Source: Pavona decussata (lineage: Eukaryota). From it: a DNA stretch of 64,000 bases. This document shows, in pieces, positions 1 through 13,599 of the stretch (positions within the stretch are counted from its first letter, which is position 1; the number at the start of each line of letters is the position of its first letter). The stretch spans positions 1,116,001-1,180,000 of the forward strand of contig CDRNST010000011.1 of assembly GCA_977016875.1 (NCBI GenBank). Reading direction: 5' to 3'. Under the pieces are notes generated by a model, which was not told where the DNA came from, ran no database searches, and was given only the letters and a program-made list of their open reading frames with translations. The position numbers and the translations under genes are program-made.

Positions 1-64
1 TCCTTCAGCCTAGAAAGTCTCAAAATGTGCTCAATTTCTGCAGCTACCTTTTGGAAAATCAGCT

Positions 65-530
65 CAGATACAAAATGAAACCCAAATTTGGCCGTTATTC
101 CAAATTTATTAACAACCCGATACCGTTCATTATATGAGATGAAACCCAAATTTGGCCATTAACCCACTTGACTTAACGTCAAATGTCAAGACCATAACAA
201 TCATATAGATCATAATGTCAAGATCATAAAGTGAAATATGAATCATGTTGTGAAAATGTGAGACTTGAAAACAACAACGGGATGTTTGTTTGTGTGAATA
301 GTGGTCGAGTTGATAGATATGATATAGCTGATAAGTATGTTGATTTTTATGGATACCGTTTGGTATATAAGATGAAACCCAAATTGGGCTGTTATCCCAA
401 ATGACTTAACGGCCGGATTGCGTTTGTATATTAGATGTAACCCAAATTCGGCCACAATCCCAAATGACTTAGCTGTTTGGTGTATAAGATGAAAACCGCA
501 TTTTTGCCATTGTCCCAAGTGATTTATCTG
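65..530. repeat. Degenerate ~60-bp repeats (core GATGAAACCCAAATTTGGCC)
   Basis: Core recurs at about 73, 139, 370, 433 and 488, with a spacer between the second and third copies. Confidence 0.6.
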
Positions 531-1020
531 TGTAGGAGCACAGGGCGCAGAGGAGTAAAATTTGTTGTAAATGAATGGCGAAATTCCCCTGCACAAACCG
601 AATTTGGTGATTTAAATACAAGAACATGATCTAACAAAGCGTCATGGGATCTTAATACATGTCTGTTGAAATATTAACCCAAAGACACAAGCTGCATGCA
701 TCAATGACTGTAAGTGCATTACCGTAGCTTACGGTACACTTTTCTCTCTCTCAGCAGTTCGTACCGCCCTTTGGGAGACCATCGTATCCCCACAGTTGGC
801 CATAGTCGACTTGGGGTTAATCTTTAAACAGACGCAAAAAAGCAATGAATCAGCTTTCACAAAATAGCCTCCTCCCCTAAATCCACCGAGTGCATGCGTT
901 TGTTTTGGTTTCATGTGTGTGGTTCCAAGAGGATTCACAGCAAGTTCTACCTCTACTTATTTCAAACCACGTCCTTTGATTGGCGGAAATATTTGACGGA
1001 TTTCCTGTGATAATATTTCA

Positions 1021-2557
1021 TACCCCATTTTCCAGTGTATAAGTCGACCTCTTAAGTCTTGAAAATCAGTCAAAAAAATCGACCTCGACTTATACACTAG
1101 CCAAAACTCAATGGTCGCTCAGCAAGTGAATAAAAAAAGTAACAATGTAACAAGTACATTGTTGTTTTACTCATAAGAGTAAACACAATGCACCAATCAA
1201 CAGGCTGATAAACAAAAGGATGCATCACCTAGTAATCATTGAGTAAAGGGTCTTAAATGCAATTAAGTTTATCATTTCATGGCTATCATTAAGTCAAACA
1301 CGAACTTGTTCCATCTGTTAAGAAAAAAAGAGGCCACCCAAACAAATGAAGTATAGTGCGAAGTTTAAACTACAAGCAGTCAAGTTTGCTGAAGATTCCA
1401 ACAACTGTGCTGTGAGACAAGAGTTCTGTGTAAACGAGAAACTTGTGTGTGACTGGAGAAAACAAGTTGAGAAGTTGAAATGTATGCCAAAGAACAAGTG
1501 TGCAAACCGAGGAAAAGAGTGTCGGTGGCCTGAGCTAGAGGACAGCCTCAGAACGTGGATTAAAGCCTAGCGAGGAAGTGGCTACATTGTGAGTAGAAAT
1601 TTAATCAGGCGAAAGCAATGGCAAGTGAGAGGAATTTAACAAACTTTAAGCGACAAATCATCATGGAAAGAGCTATTGGGATAGATGGTTTCTTGCTCAT
1701 TTAAGAAGTGCAGTATTTGGAACCCAATAGATGGAACCGAAGATGACATCTTGTGGGATAATGAGGAAGATGAACTGGTTGCAGCTGAAGGCAGTGAAGA
1801 TGGAGAAATGGAGGACGAGTGTGGCATTTACGATGACTAACAGAGGAACAGTGGCACAACTTGTTTGGAGAGAGTGACCAGGAAGAACAATTTGAGGGCT
1901 TTTAGACATTGAATATTGAAATTCCATTTCATAAGTTTTAAATTTACTTCAGTTTGCTGGTAAATAGTTGAGCAGTGGAAGAAGACTTAGCCGTATTTGA
2001 CATTTGAACATTTGACATTTCATTGTCTGTTTAATGCAAATAGTTGAACTGCTCACCAATATTACTGTAAAAGAAACAGTTTTATAATATATTGAACGAT
2101 TTGCTTCTTTGAATGAGGAGTGTTTTGGGTAGAGAGTGAAGGGATTTCATTTACGTCCAAAGCACGTGCTTTTATTTTAGTTACCAGTGCTCATCAGGTT
2201 TTCATTACCTAGTTACTAAGTTGTACAAGATGGCAGGTCGTTTCCGACTTCGTTCCTTCATGTTTAAATTTTGAATTGTTTTGACATTTTTCTTGGCACA
2301 AAAAGCTCCCAAACATCTAAAAGTCACTCGGTTTCTTAATATACCTCTATGTTAAAGGTAAGGCTTTGAATTTTGGACATTTTTAAGGTAGTTCTCGCTG
2401 AAGTGGGTCACTCAATTGACGCAATATTTTTCTATGCTGAACTCTTTTACAATGAAATGCTCGGGATTTTGAATTCAGTTTGTACACGACAAATAAGTAA
2501 AATCCCAACTTTTAGCCTCAAGAAGTAGAGTTGACTTATACACCGGAAAATATGGTA
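1021..2557 (+). mobile_element. Internally deleted pogo-family (Tc1/mariner superfamily) DNA transposon
   Basis: ~28-bp TIRs TACCCCATTTTCCAGTGTATAAGTCGAC / GTTGACTTATACACCGGAAAATATGGTA with TA ends. Contains the transposase N-terminus and the C-terminal SFKKCSIWNPIDGTEDD tail, with no DDE core between them. Confidence 0.85.
1346..1840 (+). pseudogene. pogo transposase remnant (Brinker-type DNA-binding domain, start of CENP-B HTH, acidic C-terminus)
   Basis: YSAKFKLQAVKFAE...VCDWRK...RWPELEDSL followed by a stop; C-terminal motif at about 1695-1800. Confidence 0.8.
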
Positions 2558-2681
2558 TTTCTTAGCAATTCATCGGTATTACATTTTGATAAGTCAGCTT
2601 TTCGCTGTTGTTAGCTTACAAGACATTGTTGGCTTTTGGCTTTGGTCAAAATTACATTGCAACAATGTCATCAGAGAAACG

Positions 2682-3150
2682 CAGCTATGCTGACAAAGTT
2701 TCTGAAAGGCGTTTGACCTATTGGTCAAAGTTTCAGGTGGAGAATGAGGATGATGCTATGGCTATTGCTGTTAGAAATTCGATTTCTGACTTGAATAAGG
2801 TATTACATCTCAATCTCGCCATTCAGTTCTACCTTTTTCCCTTTTAAAATATTGAGTTCATTTGTTTCGGACTACTCATGTGAAAAAAGTAGTTGTGGGC
2901 AACAATGCGGATTTTAATGCGACCTGTACCAACAAGGCAGAATCAGTTTTTGAGAGTAGCTATGTTGACATAGTTTCTGGAAGGCGAATGACCTATTGTT
3001 CAAAGTTCCATGTGGAGAATGAGGATGATGCTATGGCTATTGCTGTTAGAAATTCGATTTCTGACCTCAATAAGGTATTACATCTCAATCTCGCCATTCA
3101 GTTCTACCTTTTCCCCTTTTACAATGTTTACATCATTTGTTTCAGACTAT
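2682..3150 (+). repeat. Direct duplication of a ~190-bp exon/intron-like unit
   Basis: 2682-2875 is close to 2958-3150; both encode ENEDDAMAIAVRNSISDLNK followed by GTATTAC. Confidence 0.85.
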
Positions 3151-4051
3151 TCCTCCGTGCGGAAGAAAATGAGTTAAAAATTAAACCCGCGAAAAGTGGG
3201 GGTGCAGAGGAGACGAGAAGCAACTGGCAAATCTTGCATTCAAGATGGTTGCAGCTTCAATGGAAAGTTTCCTACATTTTTTTAGACCGGTTCATGAAGC
3301 CGCTAGAGGAAAAAAAACCATCCGTCCACTGACAAATTGCTATGAGATGCTGTTCTTCGAAGAAAATGGATTAGCCCAGCATTTTCGGTCAATCCAGAAC
3401 AGGAACTGAATGCAAACGTATTCATGAAGGCCGAGCGTAAAACGCAGGAACTTTATGGCCTTTCAATGCCTTCTCCGGACTCCACTTTGTCAAACTTTTA
3501 ACCCCCGTTCATGCTCCATGCGTGTTCCCAGGTCATCCTAATCGCAGTGCACACTCCACTCACTTTATTGCACTCCACGCTCAGCTAGACAAGCCTGTGA
3601 AGGAGGCAGTAGAATTAAGAGGTGCACTTCATTTTAGTTTTCAACATAACGTTTTTATCATTAACTTTGTTAAAATAAAAAAATTGCAAAAGGTTTAGAC
3701 ATATTACATTGTGATTATACCTGAAGCATACATGGCACTCGAAAAAAATGTTAAGGCATTATTCGAGATTCAACAACCTTACTTTAATATGTGATGCCGT
3801 TCATCATTTTTCACCTAGCACTGTGACAATGCAACCTTTCTTTGGCAATAAAATTGCAAGGACTGTTTAAAACAATGTGCAGTTTCAAAATATACTCATA
3901 TTCCCTATTGTTTTCCTGTCAGGAAAACCCAGTTCTGCTTCTTAAAGTACCACTAGGGGGTTGGCCTTCCATGGGGTGGATTTTAGATGTTTTTTTATGA
4001 ACTGCACTTTATCATTGCTGTAATGGGTTTGTAGAAAGGAAGGTCAACGTA

Positions 4052-4817
4052 AGGCCCAGGTCAAACGTTGCATTTCACATGTGCCAAATAAAACTCGAGA
4101 ATTAACTGCATGTAAAATGTGACGTTTGAATCAATTAAATTCAACAGTTTCGAATTAAATTTGACTTACTTCGAATCTGTGACTGAAACAGTCGAATATT
4201 CGACTTAAGTTCGACATTTGATTCACATGTCGCATTTCACATGTGCCGAATATAATACATAAATTATAGTAAATTATTATTATTCATTTTGTAACCACAA
4301 TCTGTAACTGCCATGCGCAGAAGAGTATAAGCAGCACTTTGAAAAATGGCGGGAGGCGAAGAAATGTGCAGTTCATACATCAGAATAATTTTTCCACACA
4401 TTTTCCCACCATCTAGTGTTTCTTACCAGTCGTCGACATGATCAGTGTCTGGAAAGCTGCATTATCACCTTTTTTCTTGACAGAAGCATTATCAAAGAGA
4501 TTAAATAAATGCTCAGTAGACATCTTCTTCTAGCGATTAAGTAGCTGACCGTTGATTCCATCATCAACCTATGCCTTCTGGTGTTACAAAACATACGCTG
4601 AATGAAACGAAAAGAGTTTTCTCCAATAAACATGCTGTTCTCTGCCATTTTGGATACAGCCTGTCTGAGAGGAGACTGGGAACATTGAAGGCGGGCGGAG
4701 TTAAATTCAGCACCATTAAATTTGACGTCTGAATCAAATTCCGCATTTAATTATTCCAGTCGACTAAAACAGGAGTTATATTCAGCACATGTGAAATGCA
4801 ACATTTGAACCGGGCCT
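4052..4817. mobile_element. Non-autonomous TIR element (MITE), possibly PIF/Harbinger-ISL2EU type
   Basis: TIRs AGGCCCAGGTCAAACGTTGCATTTCACATGTGC / GCACATGTGAAATGCAACATTTGAACCGGGCCT, TA on both sides; partial internal TIR copy near 4225-4250. Confidence 0.8.
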
Positions 4818-7136
4818 TAGTTGAGCTAGTTAGAGAGATAACATTTTAGTGGTAATTTTTAAATGATGCCAGAGACAAAATCACTAAAAATTCTCGATTT
4901 TGAGGAAGTCTGCTGGTTTCAATTCACCTAGTTTTTTAGTTTGGTTTGGTTAATAAGCAGACATGAATGCAAACCAAGCATAAGCGATCACTTGGTCCAG
5001 GTACGTGTACCTATACAATATTGGTTTCTTACTTGATTTCATAGGTAAAAACGAAGAGAGCTACAACATTTGAGTCTTGGGTAGATGATGTTCACCCGGG
5101 AGTTCCTCAATTGCCAGTGGGCAGCTATACTTACCACACAGTTTGTAATGAAGCCTGGCAGTTTTGCTTTCCTTTGATCTTTGTTTCTTCTTTTAATCTC
5201 CCTCATCTGTCTGCCATTCAAATATTAAATGTTTTTCTTAATCCAAGAGGAGGTTTGGTTTTCTTTTTAATATTTCACAGGGTCCAAAAATAGGGAGGCT
5301 GCGGTGTCAAAGTCAAACTTGGTGAAGGTATGTGTAATGAAAAAAAATATGATAAAATATAACCCAAACAATGACACCCTATCAACAGGAAAAAGAGAAA
5401 CTAAGAATTTTATGTCGTTAACGGCTTTATTCCATTTCTGTAACATCGGAAGTGACTACCCAAGTAACTGTTAGAAAAGCTTAGCACTAATAACAAGTTT
5501 CTAGTGTTTTGTGTGATTGAGGAGGTTAAAGTGGTAAATTAGGTTCAAGAATTTCTGTTGTTTGTATCAAGTTTTGCATAAGGATTTAGCTTTTTATTGT
5601 TACTTAGCGTAGCATTTAGTTTTAAGGGAACACGCCACTTCACTACGTTTACATTCAGCTGCAGTCACCTGTAAAGGGAACTTGTCAATTAATTGCTTTG
5701 TTTTCATGCTTTGCGCTATTTGCTAAACAATTGAGTTACTACACAACTGTTCCTTGTGTTCGTGTCTAAAAATACTATTTCACCAAATAATTACTTTAGT
5801 TAGGTTAATCTATTTACCTTAATTAGTTTTCTTTAAAACTGCACGGTGTCTATTCAATTTGACACTTTTTGCTTTAATTCAATACATTGAGTTATTTTTA
5901 GTCGAACCTTCGCACAGTAATAGCTGATAATTTGCTTTTTGGCATTGCTCTCTTCAACGCAAAAGACAGATCTAGATTAAAAGTATGAATGGTTTTGCTG
6001 ACTCATAGAATTCGAAATATGCAGTTTTTGTTAAAGGTGGTAAACTCTGTAATTAAACAGCGAGGGTATGTGCTTCGGCAGCCGCTCGCTGACCTTGCAA
6101 TTCTATTCATACTTCGCTAGTACGTGCTCCAAGAGCTTTTGCTGACTCTACTGCTCTTGTAATTTATTGTTTTAAGGAATTTTCAATTTAGGTTACTCTT
6201 AAAAATAGCCTTAGTAACAATAGCTTCCAGAGTTAAAAAAATATTTTGTGGTTGACTTTCGCTAAGATCAAACAAGTTGTGTATGCACTTCTTTGTATTT
6301 CTTTTAGTTGAATAGCTGTTCGAATCATATATAACGTAGCAGTTTGTACTGTTTTTCGATTACATCCATGATAACATCTGCAATTACAACCTGTACGATT
6401 ACTTCTGCAACAACATCTACGAGTGCTAGAAATAAACGCTGTTGGATCCAAGTCAAGTTTCTCTCATTGCTGCGTACCAGTTCGTGGTTCGTTCCCATAC
6501 CTCGAGAGTGACGGCTCTTTCCCCGCAAGCGAGTTGCCCATTTGAGTCTAATTTCCCCCGTTGTCAGTCATTTCCTAACGCCAGAGAACCTAAAGTCCAT
6601 AGTTGTCCCAAAGTGGAAAAACCTTCCGTCACATAACAGCTAACGGCGCATGGCAACACACAAAGCTTTTTTTAAATCGCTTTTCTTGTGTAGCTGGACA
6701 TTTACGCACTTCAGTTTTGAATTTTAGCTGATACAACTTAGGTACCTTATCTAAGAATCACACTGGGAACACAATGCCATAACTATCTAGCCATATATGG
6801 GGGTACCCCCCCCCCACCCCAAGACCCAAACTATCAATCACCTGAATGCGAGAAATTTTTCATTTAACCTCAGTCATTTTGTTGGACTCTTTCACAGGCT
6901 TGTATTTTGAAACCTTCGATCTGCTGTTAAGTTGTTTAATATTCGACTGAAGTTTGCAACATCAGAAAAGTTGCTGCTCTCATAAATTAATTTATTTGTC
7001 TAACCGCGGTTATCATATTTCACATAATTGTGCTATTCCGCACCTTATGTACAAATCCTCACAGAAACTTGAGTTTATGCAAGCAGTTTAAATCTGTGTC
7101 TCTGCATTATTCCTTTGTAAACGACAAAGATGCCTC

Positions 7137-7285
7137 GCAAGCAGAGATATGGGATAAATTTGGCCTTTGACATGTGTCCTGGTGCATTTAGACACTGCAG
7201 AAGGACGGCAAGCAGAGATATGGGTTAAATTTGACCTTTGACGGGTGTCCTGGTGTATTTAGACACTGCAGAAGGACGGCAAGCA
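7137..7285 (+). repeat. Two-copy ~70-bp tandem duplication
   Basis: GCAAGCAGAGATATGGG...GACACTGCAGAAGGACG repeated directly. Confidence 0.9.
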
Positions 7286-8183
7286 TATCCAGGTGGCATG
7301 TAAACAATTTTAGGTGCGAATGACCTTGAAGTTTAAGAGAAGGTTGGAGAAAGAAGAAAATTACATACTTCAGCTAAACCACCTCAATGTCCTTCAATAT
7401 TATGGCGCCGATTTGGATAGATCAGCCATCCTATCTGATTACTTAGTGAAGGAAGTTACGATTTTAGCACACACCATTAAGACCGTACATAATGCCAGGC
7501 AGCTAATCGACTCTCTGGAGGGGGAAACGCCTTGTTCCGTCTGATACGAAAATGTACAACAAGCAAGCAATGGTTTAGCATTTTTGCATGAGAATGGTAT
7601 TGTACATTGGGACATAAGGTCCGCAAATATTTTTATTGGGGGTGGTAAAAAGGCAGTCATCACATCGTAAAAATAAGAGACTTTGGACAGGCTGTGTTTG
7701 ACTTTGGACAGTTTTTCCTAACGCAATCGATATCAGTCTCTTGTTCGCAAACACCTTAGGATGGTGCGCAAAACAAAGTGGGTACAGCTCCATATACCGC
7801 ACCAGAATTAATCGACATTCGTGCAAAAAGAAACCTCAAGAGCGATATTTAGTTTTGCGACGGTGATTGTTGAGTTCTCCCTACTTGAAAGAAAGCATCC
7901 ATGGGAGGGCAAAATCAACAGTTTCAACCTTGTCTATCACCATGTCAAGATGGGTCAACGACCAACTATTGAGCCCGACAAGCTGACAGATTTCCCTAAT
8001 AGCAAACAAGACCAATGGCTAGATTTGATTAAAAGATGCTGGGCACAAAGTAGAGAAGACAGACCCTCTATGGCTACTGTTAGCGAGTTTCTTAACAGCT
8101 TGTCATCCACTGAACAGAACACGGCTTGTAGAGAAAACAGAAATGAGTCGAACACAATATCGAGCAGTGACACCGACGTCTAG
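7280..8183 (+). pseudogene. Intronless protein kinase pseudogene (TKL/Tyr-kinase-like)
   Basis: Subdomains across frames: VACK, LNHLNVLQYYG, GLAFLHENGIVHWDIRSANI, KIRDFG, GTAPYTAPE, IFSFA, LIKRCWAQSREDRPSM. Several stops and frameshifts. Confidence 0.88.
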
Positions 8184-9289
8184 ATCTGAGATATTCTGCT
8201 GAAATTGCATCAAGGCACTGTGGCAGAAAACACTGTTGACATTGCTGCCTGGGAATGCCAAGAGCAAGGAGACATTGACAGCCTTCAAAGGGACCTCAAA
8301 GAGTGTATCAACAGACTTGACGGAACCAATGCTTGCCCTTTTCTAGCCATAAAAACTGCAGACAAACTATATAGTAACCCGAAGGTCATTTCAAACATCG
8401 AGGCTATCATAGAGAAAGTTGAAAACGTGCTTGAGAACCTTCAAAGCCAAATCAATGATACACCTGACGCTGCCAAACTATCTTACATAAGCGAGGCTAT
8501 CAAACTGTTGAAGGAAAAGGGCTTATTGGGGCACCAATATTCTATGCTAGAACTGGTAAATTATAATGAAGACCGTGGCAATAATACTGTACTTTTATGC
8601 AATGCTGTTATGAAACTGACACAGTTTGATGTATCACTTGCAGTGTATAGATGTAACCCCATATGCAATTCAATTGGGTTCATCAACAATACATTTGTAA
8701 TTATAGATACCTATCATATTGGAATGGAAATTAGGTGGTAATGGGAACGGGTTCTTAAAACTTGCAAGGTGTAGAAAAGATCTCGAATCAAGAAAAGCTG
8801 GAGCTATGGCCGTTGTAAATTGGCTAAAATGTAAAATGGGAGACAAGAAAGAAGGCATAGGTAGTGAGTCCTAGCTGCACTTAGTTATAGACGAAACAGG
8901 AAATTCCACGACTTCAAGTTTCTTGACTGACAATTTGGTACAGAATATAACGTTTTCACGTCCTGATACTCGAAGAATCATGGACATCAGTGATTGCTTC
9001 TCAGGTGACAATGGGTCTGACATCTATCATAGATGATACATCAAGCACTTTAGAGTTAAAGGCCACAGAAGGCCACTCTGTGATTTTTGAAGATCAGAAC
9101 AGAGGTGACTACAACAAATCCCTTGATTGGACATACAATCAATCAAGAAGTCTAAACAATTCTAGGCGGCGGCAACTCCCATCACCCGACGACGAAGCAG
9201 ACAAGATGACAGTGGCAAGAGTTTGTGCTATCAACTCCCTGCTCAATTTGAAAAAGGCAAAACAACAGTGGCAATCTGTCCCACAATAT

Positions 9290-10700
9290 CTCTCATCAAT
9301 TCTCAAATTGAAGTTCTTCAACTACTCAAAATATAAGTAGTAGCAGTTGGTCCACACTTTGAAATGGATGAATTGCTGTACCAAGAAGAGCTGCCAGCAC
9401 TGATGAACACAACACCAGAATTCGTCGAAAACAAACTGAAACATGGCCTGACCTCGTTGCCTGGGTTGCAAGAAGAATTCCCAATGGTACCTATCATGCT
9501 CCAGTTACTGAGTAGGCTGTACCTAAAAAACGGTTTTGATACGTGACAGAGTAAATTGCCCGAACATCAAACTTAGCCTACAGAAGTAGGCAGGTATGTG
9601 GCAAAGCAACCTGTTAAGGAAGTCAGGAATTGGGTGTGGATGGATGTGGCTATAGAAATCTGTAGAATAGTGGGAGAGGATTACTTAATCGTATATATGG
9701 ATTTCACGAGACATGGACCTCATGGTAAGTTATTTGAAGGAGGCTGGAATTGAAGATACACAGGCGTATCATGGAGCGCTTTCCATTCGACCAAAAATTC
9801 GGGAATGAAATTTTGAGTATTCCATGTGACGAATGGAACAGTATTTTCCGGTTGGTTTGAACCAAGCCGTCCCAGTCAACATGACACTGTTCAGTGTGGG
9901 TAGCTCCTACATGCGTAGGAATTAAAACCGAGTCCGCGACTACTTTGAGGGCACGATACCTCTCTATTTTCCTGACGAGTTTAAGGGTGACTTCAGAATG
10001 ACAAGAGGAACTTGCAAGCTGTTCACTTACGAAAGTTTGCCGTGGCTCCGGTGCAAAAGTGGTGCAAAAGAACATTCAAGTCTTCTGCCGCATAATAACA
10101 AGCGGAACACTGATATTGAGAAGAACAATTGGAAGCCATGTTGAGTTCGATTTCCGGGCTCTGAGAAACTGGGCGCGAGCAGGAATGGTCGAATGGAATG
10201 GAATTTTCCGGTTATTCCGATTTTCTGAGATTTTAGGCCAACCTCGCAAGGTACACCCAAAATTTCGGAATGAAATTCCGGAAAATGTCTGTTCCATTCG
10301 CTCCCAAACCCGGCATTTCCGGAATTTGTGGTCGAATGGAAAGCGCCCATGGAAAACTAACAGAAAAGGAGAAAAAAAGAATCGCTACAAACGAGAAAAA
10401 CAGTTCCAAATTCTGGTGGCTACGGAGTCATATGAAGTAGGTAATCACAACCCTCATGTAAGCAATGTTTTTCGCATTGGTTGCATGCATAACGCAGGTG
10501 TTATTATCCAAGAGTTTGGCAGAGCTGGCCGCGGCAGTGAGCAATCCGATGGATATCTCCTATTCAACGAGCACAAAGATGACAAGCGACTCAGTTATTG
10601 GACCAAGGACTGAAGCCCTGAAGAGGAAGCCAGCATTAAGAAAAAATACCTAGAGTTGTGGCGGTAGATTAATGGCATCTATAACAGAACGTGTGTTCTG
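9290..10700 (+). pseudogene. RecQ-like SF2 helicase pseudogene interrupted by a MITE
   Basis: FPMVPIM, IVYMDF, AYHGKL (after removing the MITE), ILVATESYEVG (motif V-like), IQEFGRAGR (motif VI). Confidence 0.82.
9774..10348. mobile_element. MITE with ~30-bp TIRs and 3-bp TSD (ATG), Harbinger-like termini
   Basis: GAGCGCTTTCCATTCGACCAAAAATTCGGGAA ... TTCCGGAATTTGTGGTCGAATGGAAAGCGCCC; ATG at 9771-9773 and 10349-10351. Confidence 0.9.
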
Positions 10701-11079
10701 TCATGAATTGTCATACCTGTAGTGAATTGTAATAACAGTTGTCATGAATTGTAATAAAGTACCTATCGTGAATTGTAATAACCTGTTGTCGTAAGTTGTA
10801 ATGATCCGAGCTGTTGTGGATTGTAATACCACGTTGTCGTGATTTGTAGTACGTCTGAAGAACAAACAACTATAAAAGAACATAACACATATGATGCAAA
10901 AAAACCAACCTTTATTTTGATGCATGTGTATTTTTTAAAATTTTGAAACAAAATCCAGCTTACTTTCGTAACATAAGTAAAATATGTAATATGACAATAC
11001 GGGCAGATGATTCACATACCGAGATCACATGCTATGGTCACACACTGAAGTGCATTTGAAGGGGGGTGAAAAAGCAGTA

Positions 11080-11450
11080 AATCATGTGGGCCATTTGATG
11101 CAGAACCAAACCTAATTTAAGCCTTGTGAAATTGGGTGTGAGTTTTTGGCATGCAGCATAAGTAGTCATGCCACATGATTCTGTAACGACTGAGGCTGTT
11201 TGGACCAATGCTAATTTCGTGTAATCAAGTCTGTCACGCGTTCAACAAGTTCATCAACTACAGCATCACGTCTCCCTAGCCTATAGTCTTTGAGCCTTTG
11301 TTTCAATGTTTGTTCGTTCATATCTATACAATGATGTTTTCCTTGCATTAGCGTTATTTCCCTGTAGGTAAGATCTCTGTTGAAATAATATTTAATGACC
11401 ACTTTTTCAAATCCATTTGGCAAAACCTTCAATTACAATTCCTCCTCCAT
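11080..11450 (-). pseudogene. Clr5-like HTH N-terminus of an integrase-core-type element protein (fragment)
   Basis: IKYYFNRDLTYREI...TLKQRLKDYRLGRR then GPNSLSRYRIMW resembles that family; recognised from memory only. Confidence 0.45.
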
Positions 11451-13599
11451 TATTAGGCTCAACTTCGCTCAAATCGTCTTCACAGGATTCCATGTTGATA
11501 ATCTCAAATTTGGCACTAATGCGAATCACTTAGTTCCAGTCTGTTGCATCTACCTGTGCACACACAAGTTTTCAGTTTGTTTGCAGTGCCTGATGTTTTG
11601 TTGGCAGTTCATGCTTCTTCTCCAAGGGAAAACAGGGATAATATGACACGCATGCGAAAAGACATGTGCGATATGGTATGCGTGTGATAAGACAAACCTC
11701 ACAGAACATTCGATTTACAGAAAGTTAACTCAACAAATCTATTTCACTGGAATGGAACAGAACTTTAATGACAAAATCAAAGCGCTCTGTGAGTGAACTT
11801 GTGAACTGAACCTGTGAGTGAAGTGATATTTCAAGTTACCACTAAAGTCATTTGTGTATTATACACGCAAAAGGATCAAAAAAACTTCACTCATGCCGTT
11901 CCTTTCAATACGGAAAGTAACGCAAAAGTCAAAATGTACGTTAATTTTTTTAGTAATTTTGCGTGACTGACAATCAACAAAACATCATGACTCAAAAGTG
12001 TTTCCAGTCTTTTTGAAAGGCTTTAAATGGCAGAAGTTGGGTTTATACAGTGGAAAGGCACTGCAGCTCTCATGGTAATTGAATAACAAGTAGAAACAAT
12101 CTGGTTGCCTAGTACATGACCGAAATCTTGCCGGTGTTTTCAGCATGGCAGTTCCTTTCACTGTCCAAACGACCGCTTCTGTCAACGTTTTGTAACATTG
12201 GAAGTTTAGTTTTGTTAATGTTGCTATTTAGGCTTTATCCAACGTAAAAATAAAAATGCATTTAGTGTTGCGGTACTCAGTTGTTGTTGGTATCCATATG
12301 CAAATTTTTGGTGTTCAAGTTTGTTCCTGTGAATCCCTCTTCCCGCTAACACTTAACCCCGAGTAAATGAATGTTTTCTTATTTACTTAATTATTTCATT
12401 CACAGCATTTACTCAGATTTTTATTGTTAGTTCCTTTTTAAATTTTTTTATTTTTTGCATTTCATGTTTGCACACAAGTCATCTGACATGTTATCTAGCC
12501 CTTGTTAGTTTATGTTGCATTAAAGAACATCTACTAAAGAAGAATTAAATAATTTTGGTTTCACACTTGATTGAGAAGAGCTCCCTGGTACTGTAGAAAA
12601 TCTGGGAAGAATGTTTTATTGTTTCTAAAGTATGCATACATTTATACCCCTAGATGAAACTCAGCTCGGGTGTCCACCAAGCTTGTGATTGTTTGACAAG
12701 ACGAGGGTATGGTAAATTGAATGAAATTCAAAATCTTGGATATGACTACTGTGTTATGGTGCTCACTTAAATTGTGTGCTATTTCACTCGGTGCTGTGCT
12801 TGACACACTTCATTGCTCAATCAAACTAATCACCTTTGTTTTCATTGCTCGATACAAACAAAACAAAAATTTTAATTAGCTGTGCATTCTGACACACTGC
12901 TCAGATGCCAGCATGTCATTTAACCCACTGCCTATTGTTTAGCCCGTTGATTTGGCATGTTTGGCATTCACCGTTTTCCCCGTTTTCCCATGGGGGTCAC
13001 ATATAATCATAGAGTCGCAGTCAAATGCAGTTGTATAGCAGTCTTTCAAGGCCACCAAGAGTGATGAGGTAGACAAACATTCCTATAACACATGTGGCCC
13101 GTTTTAGGCCACTCACATAAGCATAGAAGTTTACGTATAGTTGTTCGGCTGTAAGGCTACATTACTTCCTCTAACTTCTCTCCACTAATTTCTTGTATAC
13201 ATTACTCTTTTTAGTTGAAATTGTGTTGCCATGGAAACATCTTTTAACGCATGGAAATGAATAACATAAAATTTATTTTTGACATTTAAAATTTTTAATT
13301 TTTTCCATTCATTTTTTTGGATTTCTTAACACTCAGTCATATTTCTTAGTTTTTGTCAAGAAAACGCTTTATTAAAATAAAAAAATATATATTCTTTAGG
13401 TATTACACACAGCAACAAACTGTCTTAGCCCACTACCTATCGTATTTATCACTGTATAAACTTACCTTACTATTCAACTCCCTTTTCACTTTTATATTTA
13501 TCTCTATTAAAATTTGCTTAAACCTTATTTTTCAGCAGCGATATTTACTTTCTTTTAGTATATATATTGAATTTTTCCCTACAGCCTTGTTATTGTTAA

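Noticed and set aside
9704-10350. Overlapping ORFs of 73-123 aa
   Set aside because: Chance frames in a MITE with internal inverted repeats.
12919-12945. piggyBac-like terminus TTAACCCACTG (also TTAACCCTTTCG at about 29410)
   Set aside because: I found no matching partner terminus.
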